A DNA stretch of 63,995 nucleotides, the filler included, from Basidiobolus ranarum (taxonomy: Eukaryota): assembly GCA_040143965.1 (NCBI GenBank). It is 3 parts of 3 records of this genome, joined end to end, with 100 filler letters (N's around TTAATTAATTAA, not from the genome) between each part and the next. Parts side by side here need not be neighbours in the genome. Positions count along the whole stretch, not along the records: positions 45,042 to 63,995 come from JASJQH010000263.1; 2 more parts are not named here. One strand, 5' to 3'. The position numbers and the translations under genes are program-made. Below the pieces are notes generated by a model. The model was given only the letters and a program-made list of their open reading frames with translations. It did no database searches and was not told the DNA's origin. Positions within the stretch are counted from its first letter, which is position 1. The number at the start of each line of letters is the position of its first letter. This document shows positions 63,884 through 63,995 of the stretch, one piece after another.

Positions 63884-63995
63884 CTGTTGGAGGATCTTGA
63901 CATAATGGGGGTAGACTTTGAGTATTAGAAGCAACTTATGATAGTGTGTTTTAGTTAGTTTATTCTTAAGAGTATATGGTGACTTATATAGTAGA
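63884..63995 (-). repeat. Inverted copy of the dispersed repeat (right arm), running off the window end
   Basis: Reverse complement matches 45109-45220. Confidence 0.92.

Noticed and set aside
1-63995. tRNA, rRNA, CRISPR, selenocysteine or stop-readthrough signals
   Set aside because: None recognised by eye; tRNAscan-SE and Infernal would be needed to exclude small RNAs

Overview
Eukaryotic, intron-rich fungal DNA (short GT-AG introns of about 50-110 nt). Retention of Gemin5, CNOT11 and a U12 intron, together with Rax2, Sog2 and a trypsin-family protease, points to an early-diverging fungus; Basidiobolus/Zoopagomycota-like is an inference. The window is three contigs joined by artificial 100-nt N-TTAATTAATTAA-N linkers (22447-22546, 44942-45041). 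Contig 1: WrbA-like tail, group I truncated haemoglobin, stand-alone XMAP215/ch-TOG C-terminal protein, Gemin5, Rax2-SH3, RPS15, Mrp49-like, RPP2 and an intact but catalytically degenerate hAT transposase gene. Contig 2: CpG-free repeat block, GT49 glycosyltransferase, probable decayed LINE, CNOT11, AAR2, a conserved membrane protein, Sog2, USP and a partial S1 protease. Contig 3: bracketed by near-identical inverted repeats; two intronless alpha-arrestins, an Avt-like amino-acid transporter with an AT-AC minor intron, a PA-like/7TM receptor candidate, and a divergent GST / PPOX-FNR oxidoreductase pair. Gene models were spliced by eye and family calls come from motif recognition, not database searches.
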